DNA of 64,000 nucleotides from a virus (IMGVR_UViG_3300024346_000047:4405-68404); one strand, 5' to 3'; positions 1 to 12,100 are shown, counted from the first letter of the stretch. The notes: generated from the sequence alone by a model not told the origin. Numbers and translations: made by a program.

Positions 1-783
1 TTAGAAAAACTACTTGATGGAGGTTTATCATGGGATAAGGTTTCCGAGATTGCTAAAATTCAGTCATTAGATGTTGATTCGTTAGATGATAGACAAGCTT
101 TAGTTAAGTCATTAGAACTTAAAGACGGTTTATCAGCAGCAGAGATCAAAGGTCAGTTACTTAAGTATGATAGACTTAAAGATGCTGATATAGATTTAAT
201 GGATGAAGAAGAGCAAGTCGCACATTTCGCATTAGAAGCAGAAATGAAGAGACTAGCTAAATCAGGGAAAGAGTATCTTAATTCACTAAAGGGAGATGAA
301 GCTTATAGCTTACCAACTTTAGAGAAGCCAGAAGCTGTAAACCAAGAAGAAGTTTTAAAACAAAGACAACAAGAATTTGAAGAATTAGGACGAATGTACG
401 AAGCAGGAGTTTCTGAATCGTTGAAAGATTTCAACTCTATCAAAATAAACCTCGGAGAGGGAAATGATTATGAGTTTGAATTAAACGAAGAACAGAAACA
501 GGTGATTCAAAACAAAATGAATAAGGTTAATAGTTTTCATGAGAATTTCAACGGTGACGGAAAGATTCTTTTTAATGAAATGGCAACTTCATTTGTAGCA
601 CAAGAGTTCTTAGGAGAAATAGTAAAGTCGGCTGTTGAGAATAATACCAACAACGGAAAGGTTGAAGCGATTAAAGATATCAATAACGTTGTTGATAAAT
701 CGAAGAAGCAAGCGACTAGTACAAGTGGCAAGAATTATATGTCTGAAATAGAAGCAGGATATAGAAAAGCCCAAGGTATTTAA
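1..783 (+). CDS. 5'-truncated acidic helical protein immediately upstream of the major capsid gene (putative scaffold/head-assembly protein)
   Basis: Frame of ORF 199..783 is open from base 1 (LEKLLDGGLSW...); acidic coiled-coil composition; position before MCP. Confidence 0.6.
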   Translation, partial: LEKLLDGGLSWDKVSEIAKIQSLDVDSLDDRQALVKSLELKDGLSAAEIKGQLLKYDRLKDADIDLMDEEEQVAHFALEAEMKRLAKSGKEYLNSLKGDEAYSLPTLEKPEAVNQEEVLKQRQQEFEELGRMYEAGVSESLKDFNSIKINLGEGNDYEFELNEEQKQVIQNKMNKVNSFHENFNGDGKILFNEMATSFVAQEFLGEIVKSAVENNTNNGKVEAIKDINNVVDKSKKQATSTSGKNYMSEIEAGYRKAQGI

Positions 784-808
784 TTTTTAACATTTAAAAT
801 TTTTTACA

Positions 809-2230
809 ATGCCAATAGGTTATAACGAAGGAGGATATGTAACTCCAAACACTTACAATTGGGTAACAGGAATGGATTTAGACAAACCTGCAATTGATTC
901 AGAATTAACAGAACCTTTCGGAGATCAGACTTTAGACGGTATGATGTCTATGATTGGTGCAGAAAAAGGTGTATCAGCTTTAGAATACAAGCACGCAGAA
1001 GAGAAAAGAATCTATCCAAAGTTGAAAGCAACTAACGGTGGAGCAGGTGGAGCAGGAGAAGCAGTTACTTTTACTTTAGTAGCAGAAGCTACTAAAACTA
1101 TTGCTAACGTATCTCCTTATGATGTAGCAGCAACAGGAAAAGATGTTGTAGTACCAAGAAAAGGTGAAACTTTAATGATTAAGCCAGCAACAGGTTTAGC
1201 GACAGTAGATAACTCTATTTACGCAACTGTTACTGCTGTTAACGCAGGGGCAGGAACTTTTGTGGCTATTCCTTTAGATTCAGGAGATGTAATTCCTAAC
1301 ATGGCAACAGCTCAAGAGATCATCATCATTGGTAACGCTAATGGAGAAGGATCAGTAGCAGTAGCAGGAAGACAAGTAGAGGTTGAATATAAAACTAACC
1401 AATTACAAACTTTCAGAGGTGGAACAGAAGTTACAGGAGACGCTAGAAATATCGTTACTTGGCAAGAGTTCACAGGAAAGAATGGTGAAAAAGGTCATGT
1501 TAATTACTTACATGGTGAGGCAGCAGAGTATAAAAACTTTAAGTCTCAAATGGAATTAACTTTCTTACTTGGTAAGCCTTTAACTAATACAGACTTAGCT
1601 AATGATTCTTTTTTCGGGACTGAACACCCAGTATCAATGACTAAAGGTTTAATTCCTTCTATCTTGGATGAGGGTAATATATCCAACTATGCTGCGTTAA
1701 CAGGATGGGATAAGCAAGATGCTAAGGCTTTAGTTGAGACTTTGGATAAGCAAAAAGGAGACAAAAAGAACATGATTTGCCCAGGTATCTCTTTATCAAT
1801 GCAAATTGATGATACTCTAGCTGATTACAGAACTTCAGGTTCTATTGTTTATGGAAACTTTACTTTTGACCAAAACGCAAAAGCTAATTTCCAATTCGAT
1901 GCTTTTAATTTCGGAGGATACGAGTTTGGTAAGAAAGTTTTTAACACTTTTAATGACTTACAGTCTTTAGGAGCTGATGGATATGGTTTCCCTAACGAGG
2001 CTATGGTAATTCCAATGGGAATGACTATGGATAAGATCGATAACGTTAAAACTCAGTACCTGAGAACTAGATTCTTAGAAGACCCAAGAACAGGAGCTAG
2101 AGATCGTAGATCATCTATCATTGATAAATTCCAAGTTAACGGAACAGATACTTTCCAAGTTAACTATATTGACAAGAAAGGTTTAGAGACTTTTGCTTTA
2201 AACAAGTTCGCTTACATTAAGCAAGCATAA
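809..2230 (+). CDS. Major capsid protein, crAss-like
   Basis: 473 aa; motifs such as NQLQTFR, ELTFLLG, TKGLIPSI, LDKQKG resemble crAss-like MCPs; followed by a strong terminator. Confidence 0.85.
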   Translation: MPIGYNEGGYVTPNTYNWVTGMDLDKPAIDSELTEPFGDQTLDGMMSMIGAEKGVSALEYKHAEEKRIYPKLKATNGGAGGAGEAVTFTLVAEATKTIANVSPYDVAATGKDVVVPRKGETLMIKPATGLATVDNSIYATVTAVNAGAGTFVAIPLDSGDVIPNMATAQEIIIIGNANGEGSVAVAGRQVEVEYKTNQLQTFRGGTEVTGDARNIVTWQEFTGKNGEKGHVNYLHGEAAEYKNFKSQMELTFLLGKPLTNTDLANDSFFGTEHPVSMTKGLIPSILDEGNISNYAALTGWDKQDAKALVETLDKQKGDKKNMICPGISLSMQIDDTLADYRTSGSIVYGNFTFDQNAKANFQFDAFNFGGYEFGKKVFNTFNDLQSLGADGYGFPNEAMVIPMGMTMDKIDNVKTQYLRTRFLEDPRTGARDRRSSIIDKFQVNGTDTFQVNYIDKKGLETFALNKFAYIKQA

Positions 2231-2236
2231 TACACT

Positions 2237-2265
2237 AGGGAGAGGGTAATACCTCTCCCTTTTTA
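2237..2265 (+). terminator. Rho-independent terminator after MCP
   Basis: agggagagg-gtaata-cctctccct followed by T run. Confidence 0.85.
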
Positions 2266-2286
2266 TAAATTAAAACTAAAATTAAA

Positions 2287-3378
2287 ATGCCAGAATTAAA
2301 AAAAGCTCCAGCAGGAATGACTGCTAGAAACACTAGTAATAGGATTTTCAACCTAGTAAAAAGAAACCCTAAAGGTGGTTATCCAGCCACTTCTAATATT
2401 CCAGCAGAAGATGAAGTATATATGGAATGGACAGATAAAAAATCAGGAGAGAAAAAATCAGGATTAAGACATATTAGATTTTCTATTGGTGAATCATCTA
2501 TATATGTAGATGAACAATCAGAAAAATCTGAAACCCGTAGAGGTAAGATTAAATTCACTGACGGTTTACTTACTGTTAATGAAATGGAGAAAACTAAAAT
2601 TGAATTTTTAGAAGTTTGTAATTACAATAAGTCAAACCATGAAAATGGTACAGCTATGGTAGGTAAGTCAGCTTTATTTAGATCAGATGCTAGTAAGCAT
2701 GAAGCTAGATTAAGATTAAACAAGAGACATCAAAAACAAAAATTAAATAATATTGTAGCTAACTATTCCATCGAAGAAATCGAAGGTATCTGTTTAGCCT
2801 TACAAGTTCCTATTAACGTTAATGACGAAGAATCAATAATGTTAGCTAAAGATAGATTCGGAAGAATGATCGATTATAACGCTGATAGATTTGAAAAAGA
2901 AGTTAACTCAGAGATGTTAAGAATGAAAACCGTTCTTCATTATGCTTTAAGAGATAATATTATTTCTTTTGATAGAGCAGGAAGTGAGTGGTATTTTGAA
3001 ATCGGAGGAAAACGTAGAATCCTTTCAGTTCCAAGAAGTTCAGATAAGTTTGAGTTTTTTGCAGAAATGGTAACTGTTAAGGAAGATATTAGGGAAGTGT
3101 TTAATGATATAAAATCTTTAGTAAAAGACGGTAAGAAGCCTTCAAATAAAAAACTAAACCCTAATACTAAATCATACAAATTAGTAAACGAAGGAATGGA
3201 GTTAAAAGTAATTAAAAACAACTTAGGAACTTTAGTAGCTAATAACATTGGTCAATTAGGAGAACCTGATTCAGGCATCGAAGGTGCAGTTCATCATTTA
3301 ATGGAAGATAAAGGAACGATGAAAGCAGTAGAAGAATTAATAGCATTAGCTAAAGAGGACGCTAAAAAGAAAAAATAG
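2287..3378 (+). CDS. Conserved crAss-like protein downstream of MCP
   Basis: 363 aa; RHIRFSIGESSIYVDEQ and IKFTDGLLTV motifs typical of the post-MCP gene in this phage group. Confidence 0.65.
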   Translation: MPELKKAPAGMTARNTSNRIFNLVKRNPKGGYPATSNIPAEDEVYMEWTDKKSGEKKSGLRHIRFSIGESSIYVDEQSEKSETRRGKIKFTDGLLTVNEMEKTKIEFLEVCNYNKSNHENGTAMVGKSALFRSDASKHEARLRLNKRHQKQKLNNIVANYSIEEIEGICLALQVPINVNDEESIMLAKDRFGRMIDYNADRFEKEVNSEMLRMKTVLHYALRDNIISFDRAGSEWYFEIGGKRRILSVPRSSDKFEFFAEMVTVKEDIREVFNDIKSLVKDGKKPSNKKLNPNTKSYKLVNEGMELKVIKNNLGTLVANNIGQLGEPDSGIEGAVHHLMEDKGTMKAVEELIALAKEDAKKKK

Positions 3379-3402
3379 TATTTTATAATATAATTACTAA
3401 CT

Positions 3403-3438
3403 AAAAAGAGAGGTGTAAAAAGCCTCTCTTTTTTTTTG
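3403..3438. terminator. Bidirectional-type terminator
   Basis: aaaaagagagg-tgtaaaaag-cctctctttttttt. Confidence 0.8.
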
Positions 3439-3469
3439 TGTATATTTATAAAATAAATTATAAAAGAAC

Positions 3470-5242
3470 ATGGCAATTATACCAAATGTTAAATTAAACA
3501 TCTCATATTCATTAGATTCAAGCACTCCTCAGTTTGTTTTTACAGATGTTACGGACTACGGATCTTACACAGGGGTTATAGGAACTATAAATGTAACATC
3601 TCCAAGTGGGGTTACATCTTCAGGTAGCATAACTGTAGATACATCGAGGATTAATGGAGGTATATCTATACCTATGCTTTCGGATAGCACTCCTGAAATA
3701 GGAATGTATAGTTTTAATTATTCAGCGGTATCAGGTGGAGATTCAGGGGTTTATTTAAAAACTTTTGATTTTCAATATGTAAAACCTAAAGCAGATATTA
3801 CAGCGGTAGTAGATTGTTTGTCTCCATACCTTTATACAGAAGATACAACTAATTACTTAGTGGGTAGCGTTACGCCTTCGGATAGGTTTATAATATCTTC
3901 TGTTGATTCTATAAATAATACATTTAGCGTTTCAGGAGAAAAATCAGCTTTTGTCAGAGCAGGTGACACATTTAGTATTATAAGTTCTTCAGCAAATAAC
4001 GGAGATTATACTGTTCTAGATGTTTCATATACAGAGTTAACTAATGAAACAGTAATAAGTGTATTCAATGTAGCAGATGGAACACTAGGTGGAACAACGC
4101 TAGTAACTAGAAAAGCTAACATATTCTACCCTCAAGTTTTAGGTTTAGATCCGTTGGTTGGTGATAGTAAGAAATTAGGTACAAGTGTTTTTTATGACAA
4201 GACCCACGAGTTTAAGTACGTAACTAAAGGTTTTTATGATTACGGAGATGGAGTCTCAGTTGTAGATTACTTTACAGATTCAACAGAATTAGACGTTCAG
4301 TGTGATGTTAGGTTGTGTGAGGTTTTTTGTTGTATTAACTCAGTTTTTAAAGAATACTTAGGCTTAAAATGTAGAAATAAAACATTAGCAGATATAGCTT
4401 TAGAAAAATACGTATTAGCAACATCTCATTTATCAGCTTTAAGACAAGCCTTTGAGTGTGGTCAAAGTGAAGCTGTAGACTCATTAGTTTCTGAAATAAA
4501 AAAAGTCACTAGTTGTACAGATGATTGTAGTTGTAGTGATACTAAGCCTACTTTGATAACAGGTTTAGGTTCAGGAGGATCTATATCTGTAGTGGCTTCA
4601 GGAGACAATAATATCAACGTAGCTTCTTCTGTAAGTGGGGATACTACTACATATACTTTAACTTTATCTGAATCTATACTAAACGATATAGCTAATATAG
4701 GAGACACAAGTGTAGTTGAATCTGAAGATTCTTCTATTATTGTAGAATCTGTAACCTCCGCTGGTGTTACAACATACGACTTAAGTGTAGCTCCTCCATC
4801 AGATCTTGTTGCTCCAAGAGAGTTTATAGCTTTTAATGTAGAGGCAAACTTTCAGGATTCAGTTTTTACAATATCTGATGTCGTAATTCAAAACAAAAAT
4901 AATTTAAACGAAACCTCTTTAACAGTAGAAGATGGAAATTCATCATCTGCAAACTGGCATCAGCAAGTTATAACGGTAAAAGATTTTCAATCAACCGCTA
5001 ATTCAACTTACAAGGCTTTTGTTAGTAATACTTATACTGAAGGTGAAAACACTGCATGGGTTGGTATTGAGTCGTCTATAAGGTATTGGGGAGTAGGTTC
5101 TTTAGTATACGACAGCTGTATAACTGAAAAAAACGATGGAAGCTTTAGTTTTGTTATTTCAGATCAGATAAGAAGAGAAATTGTTTCAAGAGGTACTGCT
5201 TCGGAGTCTATTTTAAAATTTAATATTCAAATAATAGAATAA
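3470..5242 (+). CDS. Virion structural protein with Cys-rich central segment
   Basis: 590 aa, beta-rich S/T/V composition, central CDVRLCEVFCC...CTDDCSC; located in structural operon. Confidence 0.6.
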   Translation: MAIIPNVKLNISYSLDSSTPQFVFTDVTDYGSYTGVIGTINVTSPSGVTSSGSITVDTSRINGGISIPMLSDSTPEIGMYSFNYSAVSGGDSGVYLKTFDFQYVKPKADITAVVDCLSPYLYTEDTTNYLVGSVTPSDRFIISSVDSINNTFSVSGEKSAFVRAGDTFSIISSSANNGDYTVLDVSYTELTNETVISVFNVADGTLGGTTLVTRKANIFYPQVLGLDPLVGDSKKLGTSVFYDKTHEFKYVTKGFYDYGDGVSVVDYFTDSTELDVQCDVRLCEVFCCINSVFKEYLGLKCRNKTLADIALEKYVLATSHLSALRQAFECGQSEAVDSLVSEIKKVTSCTDDCSCSDTKPTLITGLGSGGSISVVASGDNNINVASSVSGDTTTYTLTLSESILNDIANIGDTSVVESEDSSIIVESVTSAGVTTYDLSVAPPSDLVAPREFIAFNVEANFQDSVFTISDVVIQNKNNLNETSLTVEDGNSSSANWHQQVITVKDFQSTANSTYKAFVSNTYTEGENTAWVGIESSIRYWGVGSLVYDSCITEKNDGSFSFVISDQIRREIVSRGTASESILKFNIQIIE

Positions 5243-7113
5243 TGTCAATAAAAACAGAATTATCAAAATACGGATCAGGAATAGGTATTATATATCTAAC
5301 AGATTCTAATGATTTAATAAAATATCAAAAATTAAACGATAAAAGAGGGAGAGAAGAATCTGAAAGACTGATGCTAGTTTCTTCTACTTTAAGCTCTAAC
5401 ATATCAGCTACATCATTAGTTGAAGTTACAGCTAGTGGTGGTAATATAACCAATTTATCTTACAACGGGGTGTCTGTTTTCAACACAACAACACCAGTAA
5501 CAGGTGCTACAACATCAGACTTAGCGTTATCACTAGCATTAGCTATTAATTCTAACGTAAGTACACCTAATTATACAGCGGTATCATCAGGTTCTTTTGT
5601 AACTGTATATTTAAGCGCAGACCAAGGAGATTCTTTAAACGGTCAAGTTGCAGGGTTTTCAACAACAGGTACAGCAGATTTAACAGCAACACCATTAGAC
5701 GGAGGGTCTTACTCCTCAGGTTCAGAGGTGGATTCTCAAGTTGGATACAAAATGTATCTAAATTCAAATGATTCAGCAGTAGTAGATACATTGGTAGGAG
5801 CTACTGATATTACTTCGGCAGTTTTAAGAAAATCATCATCTTCTCCATACACGATTCGAGAATCGCAAATATCTTCAGGAAGTATATCTGTAAACAGAGA
5901 TACGAATATTACAATAGTTAACGTTCAGACAGAAGGTTCTGTTGCGACAGACGACTTAACTTCAATTAACGAGGGTATATTTAATGATGGGGATACAATT
6001 GTTTTAGTAGCCAAAGAATCAACTAAGGTTATAACGGTAAAAGAAAATCAGGGAGGGAATATAGAGTTGTCAAATGGTGTAGATTTTATAACAGGAGGTA
6101 AGGATTTTTCTATATCTTTAAGATATAGTGCTTCAGATAATAAGTGGTATGAATCATCAAGATCTCCAGGAACAGATTTAAGTGTTTCTTCTTTAAGGTC
6201 ATCAGGAATAGCTACACCAATACAAGGAGTAGAAGTTACTGTTTTAGCAACAACAGGTGGTACGGTTAATTTAGTACCAGGAGTTGATAAGGGTTATGTT
6301 TCTTTAACAGGAACAGGAACTTTAACAGGTTCTTGGAATTACACGTTAGGGGCAGGTGTTGTAGATGGTGACACATTTATTATAGATTATAACGGATTAT
6401 TTACACCAGGAGCAAATACAGTAACACTCTTTGGGATTACACTAACAGATAAACAGGTATCTGAAGGAAGTGTAGTAGCTAAAGCAGTTTACAGTGGTTA
6501 TCTTTCAGCTTGGGTTGTTACATTAATTAGGGATACTCAATCAGTAGACTTAGCAGATGAAACAGATTTAGTCTTAAAAGAAAACTCTCTAGGAGATCCT
6601 TCTGTAGACGGATATGTATTATCATCTTCAGTAGCAGGAGTCAGAAGTTGGGTTGCTAACAATACAGATATATATTTAAATACCGACACATCAACAGGGT
6701 CTAGTGTAGGTACTTCAGAAACAACATTAAGAACAATTACAGTACCTTCTAATACTTTAAGCTCTGACAATTCTTCTTTAATTATATATTTTGGAGGAAG
6801 TTTTGGAGCTAATGCTAACACTAAAACTTTAAAGGTGAAGTTTGATGGAAATTTAATCGTTTCTAATACTAACACAACAGCTCCTAATGGTGTAAACTTT
6901 TTATCTAAAGTGATTATATCAAGGATGTCTAATACTCAAATTAGAGCAACGGGAGAGATTAATATAGATGGATCAGTAAACGAAGTAGAGCTTACTACTT
7001 TATCAGGATTTAATTTTACCACTACTTCTTATAATGTAGAAGCAACAGGTCAAGGCGTTTTAAACTCTGATGTAGATGTTTTTCAATCAATAGCTAATAA
7101 AATTATAGCATAA
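5242..7113 (+). CDS. Virion structural/fibre-like protein
   Basis: 623 aa, S/T/G/V-rich beta protein translationally coupled to neighbours. Confidence 0.6.
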   Translation: MSIKTELSKYGSGIGIIYLTDSNDLIKYQKLNDKRGREESERLMLVSSTLSSNISATSLVEVTASGGNITNLSYNGVSVFNTTTPVTGATTSDLALSLALAINSNVSTPNYTAVSSGSFVTVYLSADQGDSLNGQVAGFSTTGTADLTATPLDGGSYSSGSEVDSQVGYKMYLNSNDSAVVDTLVGATDITSAVLRKSSSSPYTIRESQISSGSISVNRDTNITIVNVQTEGSVATDDLTSINEGIFNDGDTIVLVAKESTKVITVKENQGGNIELSNGVDFITGGKDFSISLRYSASDNKWYESSRSPGTDLSVSSLRSSGIATPIQGVEVTVLATTGGTVNLVPGVDKGYVSLTGTGTLTGSWNYTLGAGVVDGDTFIIDYNGLFTPGANTVTLFGITLTDKQVSEGSVVAKAVYSGYLSAWVVTLIRDTQSVDLADETDLVLKENSLGDPSVDGYVLSSSVAGVRSWVANNTDIYLNTDTSTGSSVGTSETTLRTITVPSNTLSSDNSSLIIYFGGSFGANANTKTLKVKFDGNLIVSNTNTTAPNGVNFLSKVIISRMSNTQIRATGEINIDGSVNEVELTTLSGFNFTTTSYNVEATGQGVLNSDVDVFQSIANKIIA

Positions 7114-7811
7114 TGAACATAAACAAAGTGTATAATTTTTTAAAATACCTGGCTGATAAAGATCAGTCGGGTAATATTACACCTAAAGAGTTTAATTTAT
7201 CACTACCCAGAGCTTTAAACGAGTGGGTAATGAAGCGTTATAACAACGTAAAATCTGTGCAGCCTAATAAACAAGGTTGGCAGAAGAATCAAAAAATTAC
7301 AGATGATTTAAGATTTTTATTAGTAAGAAATGAGGTATCTAATGTCACCCCAGATGGTAAGTTGTCGTTACCTGATGATTATTTACATTTATCAAGCTTG
7401 GTGTATAATTACAAGTATTCAGAAGATGGGGATACAGTTTCTATTCCTAAAGATGTTGATGTTGTGAATGACAACGAAATAGCAGAATTTTTATCATCAC
7501 ACATTTATAGAAAAAGCATAAAAGCTAAGAAGTATGTTATAGGTGCTTTCTATAATGATTATTTACAAATTTACCCTAAAGATATAGGGACAGTAGATCT
7601 TACATATTTAAGAAAACCAATAGAGCCTTTTTGGGCTTTTACCTTAGAAAGAGGAAGACCAGTGTATGACCCTATAAACTCAATTGATTTGGAAGTTCCA
7701 GATGATACAGCTAACGAGATTATAGTCATGTGTGCTTCTTATCTAGGTATGAACCTAAGAGAGCCTGAGTTAGTTAATTATTCAGAAATGTTAAAAAACC
7801 AAGGGGTTTAA
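7113..7811 (+). CDS. Tail ring/tubular protein
   Basis: 232 aa; GNITPKEFN, LPDDYLHL, YLRKP motifs typical of crAss-like ring proteins. Confidence 0.7.
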   Translation: MNINKVYNFLKYLADKDQSGNITPKEFNLSLPRALNEWVMKRYNNVKSVQPNKQGWQKNQKITDDLRFLLVRNEVSNVTPDGKLSLPDDYLHLSSLVYNYKYSEDGDTVSIPKDVDVVNDNEIAEFLSSHIYRKSIKAKKYVIGAFYNDYLQIYPKDIGTVDLTYLRKPIEPFWAFTLERGRPVYDPINSIDLEVPDDTANEIIVMCASYLGMNLREPELVNYSEMLKNQGV

Positions 7812-7814
7812 TAG

Positions 7815-8441
7815 ATGGAAAGAGATAGTAGATTTATAATAGCAGAGCAAGCACAAAGAATTATAAACGGGGGTACTCCAACCCCTGACACTGAGGTTCG
7901 TATAGAGGAATTGCTGATATATGTCGATCAGTCTTTTTCTAAAATGATTAAAGCTAGTTATTTTGAAAATAGACAAGACGGTATTAGAGACGTTAACGGA
8001 GCTTTTATTTATTCTTTTATAGTAGACGTAGCTGAAGATAAGATGAGGGGTCTTCTTAAAGCTAAGATACCTTCAGCGTATGTTAACCTCCCGTTAGGTA
8101 CAGGTATTTATCAAGTATCTCAAGTTAACGATATGTTTAATACTATTATTCCTGTAAATGTAAGCTTCTTGGCTTTGTCTAGAGGATTAAAAGTAGGAAG
8201 TATGGAAGGTAGGCAGGGTTATTTTGTAGAGAACACAAGTATGTTTTTTGTAAATATTAAACCTTCAGATTGTGTAGATAAGGTTTTAATTAAATTAGCA
8301 GGAGGGATTCAAGGAGAACTAGACCCTGAAGTGGAAATTCCTGTAGATATGCAATCTGATTTAGTTAATTTTACTGTTCAGATGTATATGCAACAAAGGC
8401 AATTACCTAAAGATGATATTAACGACAATAATAAAAACTAA
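7815..8441 (+). CDS. Tail ring protein
   Basis: 208 aa, between two ring-like genes. Confidence 0.55.
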   Translation: MERDSRFIIAEQAQRIINGGTPTPDTEVRIEELLIYVDQSFSKMIKASYFENRQDGIRDVNGAFIYSFIVDVAEDKMRGLLKAKIPSAYVNLPLGTGIYQVSQVNDMFNTIIPVNVSFLALSRGLKVGSMEGRQGYFVENTSMFFVNIKPSDCVDKVLIKLAGGIQGELDPEVEIPVDMQSDLVNFTVQMYMQQRQLPKDDINDNNKN

Positions 8442-9196
8442 TGGAGTTAGAAAAAGTAGTTAGAGAATTTTTAATAGAATCAGGAAGAACAGAGCATAGA
8501 TTTGTCCAAGCTTTACAGTTTGGAATTTCTTGTTTAAGAGAATTAAATTATGACGTAACAGGTTCTCCTTCTATTAAGATACTGACTGTAAATGATAATG
8601 ATACGGTAGATTTACCAGATGATTATCTAAATTATATTAGATTAGGTTTTACAGACGGTAGGGGTAGATTTAGAGAATTAGGAAGAAACAAAGACATAGC
8701 ATTAAATAGAAGTTTAAATGATTGTGGTGAAAGAGGAGACAGATATGACTCTACTAAAAAAGAGACAGGGTTGTTTCCTTATTATTCTTCTGATTATCAT
8801 TCAAATCATTTTAGAAACGGTGAAAGTGTAGGAAGGTTTTACGGAGCTGGAGGAGGTAACAACTCAAATGGAGGTTTTAAAATAGATAATAATTATTCGC
8901 AAATACAATTAGATTGTTATGCAGGAGGTAGCACAATTACTCTAGAATACTTATCAGACCCTAATAAAGCCGAGGGCAATTTTAATGTACATCCGTTCTC
9001 AGTTGAAACAGTTAAGTCATGGATAGATTGGAAGATAAACGCTAACAATCCAAACGTACCTGCTGGATACTCGGAACAAAAAAGATTATTATATTCACGT
9101 AATAAAAAGCTATTGTTTGCTAGAATGTCTTCTATGAGTGTACAAGATATGTTACAATCATTTAGAAAAGGAAATAAAGCTTCACCAAAATTTTAA
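8441..9196 (+). CDS. Tail ring/tubular protein
   Basis: 251 aa; LPDDYLNY and ITLEYLSD motifs, paralogous to 7113..7811. Confidence 0.7.
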   Translation: MELEKVVREFLIESGRTEHRFVQALQFGISCLRELNYDVTGSPSIKILTVNDNDTVDLPDDYLNYIRLGFTDGRGRFRELGRNKDIALNRSLNDCGERGDRYDSTKKETGLFPYYSSDYHSNHFRNGESVGRFYGAGGGNNSNGGFKIDNNYSQIQLDCYAGGSTITLEYLSDPNKAEGNFNVHPFSVETVKSWIDWKINANNPNVPAGYSEQKRLLYSRNKKLLFARMSSMSVQDMLQSFRKGNKASPKF

Positions 9197-9199
9197 CAA

Positions 9200-12100
9200 A
9201 TGGGTTACGAAAAGAGACAGTTTTTATACGGTATGGATTTCGATACCGAAGAAAGATTAATACAACAAGGTTATAGTCGTAAAAATGTTAATGTAAGGAT
9301 AGGGTCTTCAACAGATGATGGAGTTTTTTCTGCTGAAAATGTACAAGGAAATACGCTTATACTAAATTTAGAACTTCCAGACGGAGAAAATAAAGTTATA
9401 GGTAGTTTTTGGTATCATTTAAAAAACCTTAATTACTATTTTGTATGGAATAGCGAGGGTAATCATGGTATATTTGAATATAACCATGTTGATTCTCTCA
9501 TCACTAGAGTTATGATTGCTAAGGTTTTAAACTTTAGCAAGGATTATTTAATTACAGGAATAAATGTAGTAGAGTTTGATGATGACAATGATTTATTGTA
9601 TTGGTCAGAAAAGTCTAATCCACCTAGAAAAATTAACATTAATAAAGCTAAATCTAATGGGTATGATTTACCTATTACGGAAGAGGTTATAGACGCTATA
9701 AAGTACCCTCCATTATGTCAACCTACAGCATTTTTTCAAACCGACAAAGATCAAAAAACTAATTACTTAATAGATTCTATTTGGCAGTTTAAAGCTAGGT
9801 ATATATATGACGATAAAGAGAAGTCTGCGTTCTCTCCTATATCCTCTCAGATATTGCCAAATAAGAGTTGTTTATCAGATGCTCAGGGTAACACAATTAG
9901 AATAGTAATCCCTAAAGGAGGAGAGCTAGTAACTAGAGTAGAGATAGCAGGTAGAAAGGGTAATGTAAACGACTTTGAACAAGTAATAGATTTAGAGGTA
10001 GAAGAATATGATATAGATGAAGAAGGTAATTATATTTATATTTTCAGAAATGACAAAGCATTAAAAGGCATACCAGTACCTGAATCTATTAAACTATACG
10101 ATAATGTTCCTCAAATAGCGGGAGCGCAGGAGTTTATTGCTAATAGATTGATGTACGCAGATGTAACAGAAGGTTATGATAATGTAGAAGTAGATTATGA
10201 ATTAGGTGTTTCTTATGATGAAATAGAGGATGAAAAACCTTTAAATACTATTACAGGACATTTACGAATTGTTAACAATGAAGGTGCATTTCAACCAATA
10301 CATAAAAACAGTTCTGGTAAGGTTATGTATGGGGGTTTCTCAAAATATGGTTATGCTAGAAACGCTTTTGCAGGAACAAATAATGTTGTAAATCGAGCAT
10401 CCCAATCTTTACCTTTAAAAGGTTTTGTTATTTATTTAGCAGGTACAACCCATCATGCTATATCTTTTCAGTCCCCAGGTAATAACACAGAGATACAAAC
10501 TAATGATAAATATAGAACTTATGATTCATCTGGAAACTCTAATAAAGGGAATATTAGAAGCGAGATGGAAGGTTCAGGGTCTAACCCGTGGGGTAAATCC
10601 AGATTAAAATCTACATTTAAGATAGAAAATGTTCCAGACGGAGAGTATATTTTAAGAGTGGCTTCTAATCTTACTAAAGCTATAGATTTAGCAGATGATA
10701 ACCTAGGTTATCAAAAAACATCAACTTGCGTTCTTAGAATCGAAAATAGTTTTAATTATAATAATTCTGGATTACCTATTAAAGAAATAAAGGTAAAGGT
10801 ACAAGGAGGAGAAGTAGTAAGTGATATATTTATAACTATTTCTGATGGAAGTCTTAAGGATTATAATAGAGCAGTTTACCCTAGTGGGTATTTAGTTAAC
10901 ACCCCAGATCCAGATTACAATCCGACATCAATAAGTCAAGCTTTAGGTCAAGTAAGAATGGATTACGCAGATTTAGCTAGAGGATCATCAAGTACAGATC
11001 ATAATGGATTTTTCTTTGGAGGTGCTTTTACAGGGATTGTAGGTGTAGTATCGGGAGGGTTCGCAGATTATGATTATAAAGCTTATCTTCTTTCAGACAC
11101 CAGTACTGATCCCGCCCCTATAGATGAGATTGAATTTCTTAGATCAGTTTATGTAGTTAATAATAGTAATATTTATAATTATTCAAAAACAGAAGGGTTA
11201 TTAAGGGTTCAAGATTCTAATGGATTAGGATTGGAAGGGGTTTCTATTGTAACCTCAAGAGGGCAAACATCATTTACTGATATAGATGGAAACGCAAAAA
11301 TTACTTTTTATACAAATACAAAAATAGGAGGAAGCTTTGCAAGAAAGTTACATATTTTCGCTTACACTTCTGGTTTTTGTGGTGTAACTTTTTTACCTTC
11401 TCAAATTAAAAAAGATGTATTAATAGGAGAAGATTTTAACAACACTATTACAGCAGAAGATGAACCTGTAGATTTAGGTGTTATTAATGCTACATTCTTA
11501 GTAGACCCTAGTTTTTCAGGTTTAAAACCAGGGGGAGTTTATAGATATGGATTGGTTTATTACGATAAAGCTAATAGAAGTGGTTTAACTAATGTTACAA
11601 CTAATCCTGAATTATCAGTTCCTTTTTACACAGAATTAGAAAACCCTAATATCAGGTCAGTATCAGGTACGTGGGAAATTAAAAGTTTACCTCCAGAATG
11701 GGCTACTCATTACCAATGGGTTAGAACGAAAGATACAGCTATAGACTCCTATATACAATGGTATACAGATAATGTAACCTACATAGAGAGTGAAACACTT
11801 ATAGAAATAGATATAACAAACTTAACAGACCAGTATGTTACTAATAACCCTTCTAGCAATTTGTCTTATGGTTATAAAGAAGGCGATAGATTACGACTCA
11901 TAAAAAACAGCGCAGGAGATTACTTTGATGAGTATACAGATTTAAAGGTTGTTAAGTTTGAAACAGGGATAATTACAGTAGAGAATTTAGCTTCTGCTCC
12001 AGATTTTAGAGAAGGATTAATGTTTGAAGTGTATCACCCTAGATTAGATGTAGATGAGGACTTATACTACGAGGTAGGAGAGTGTTATGAAATATTAGAG

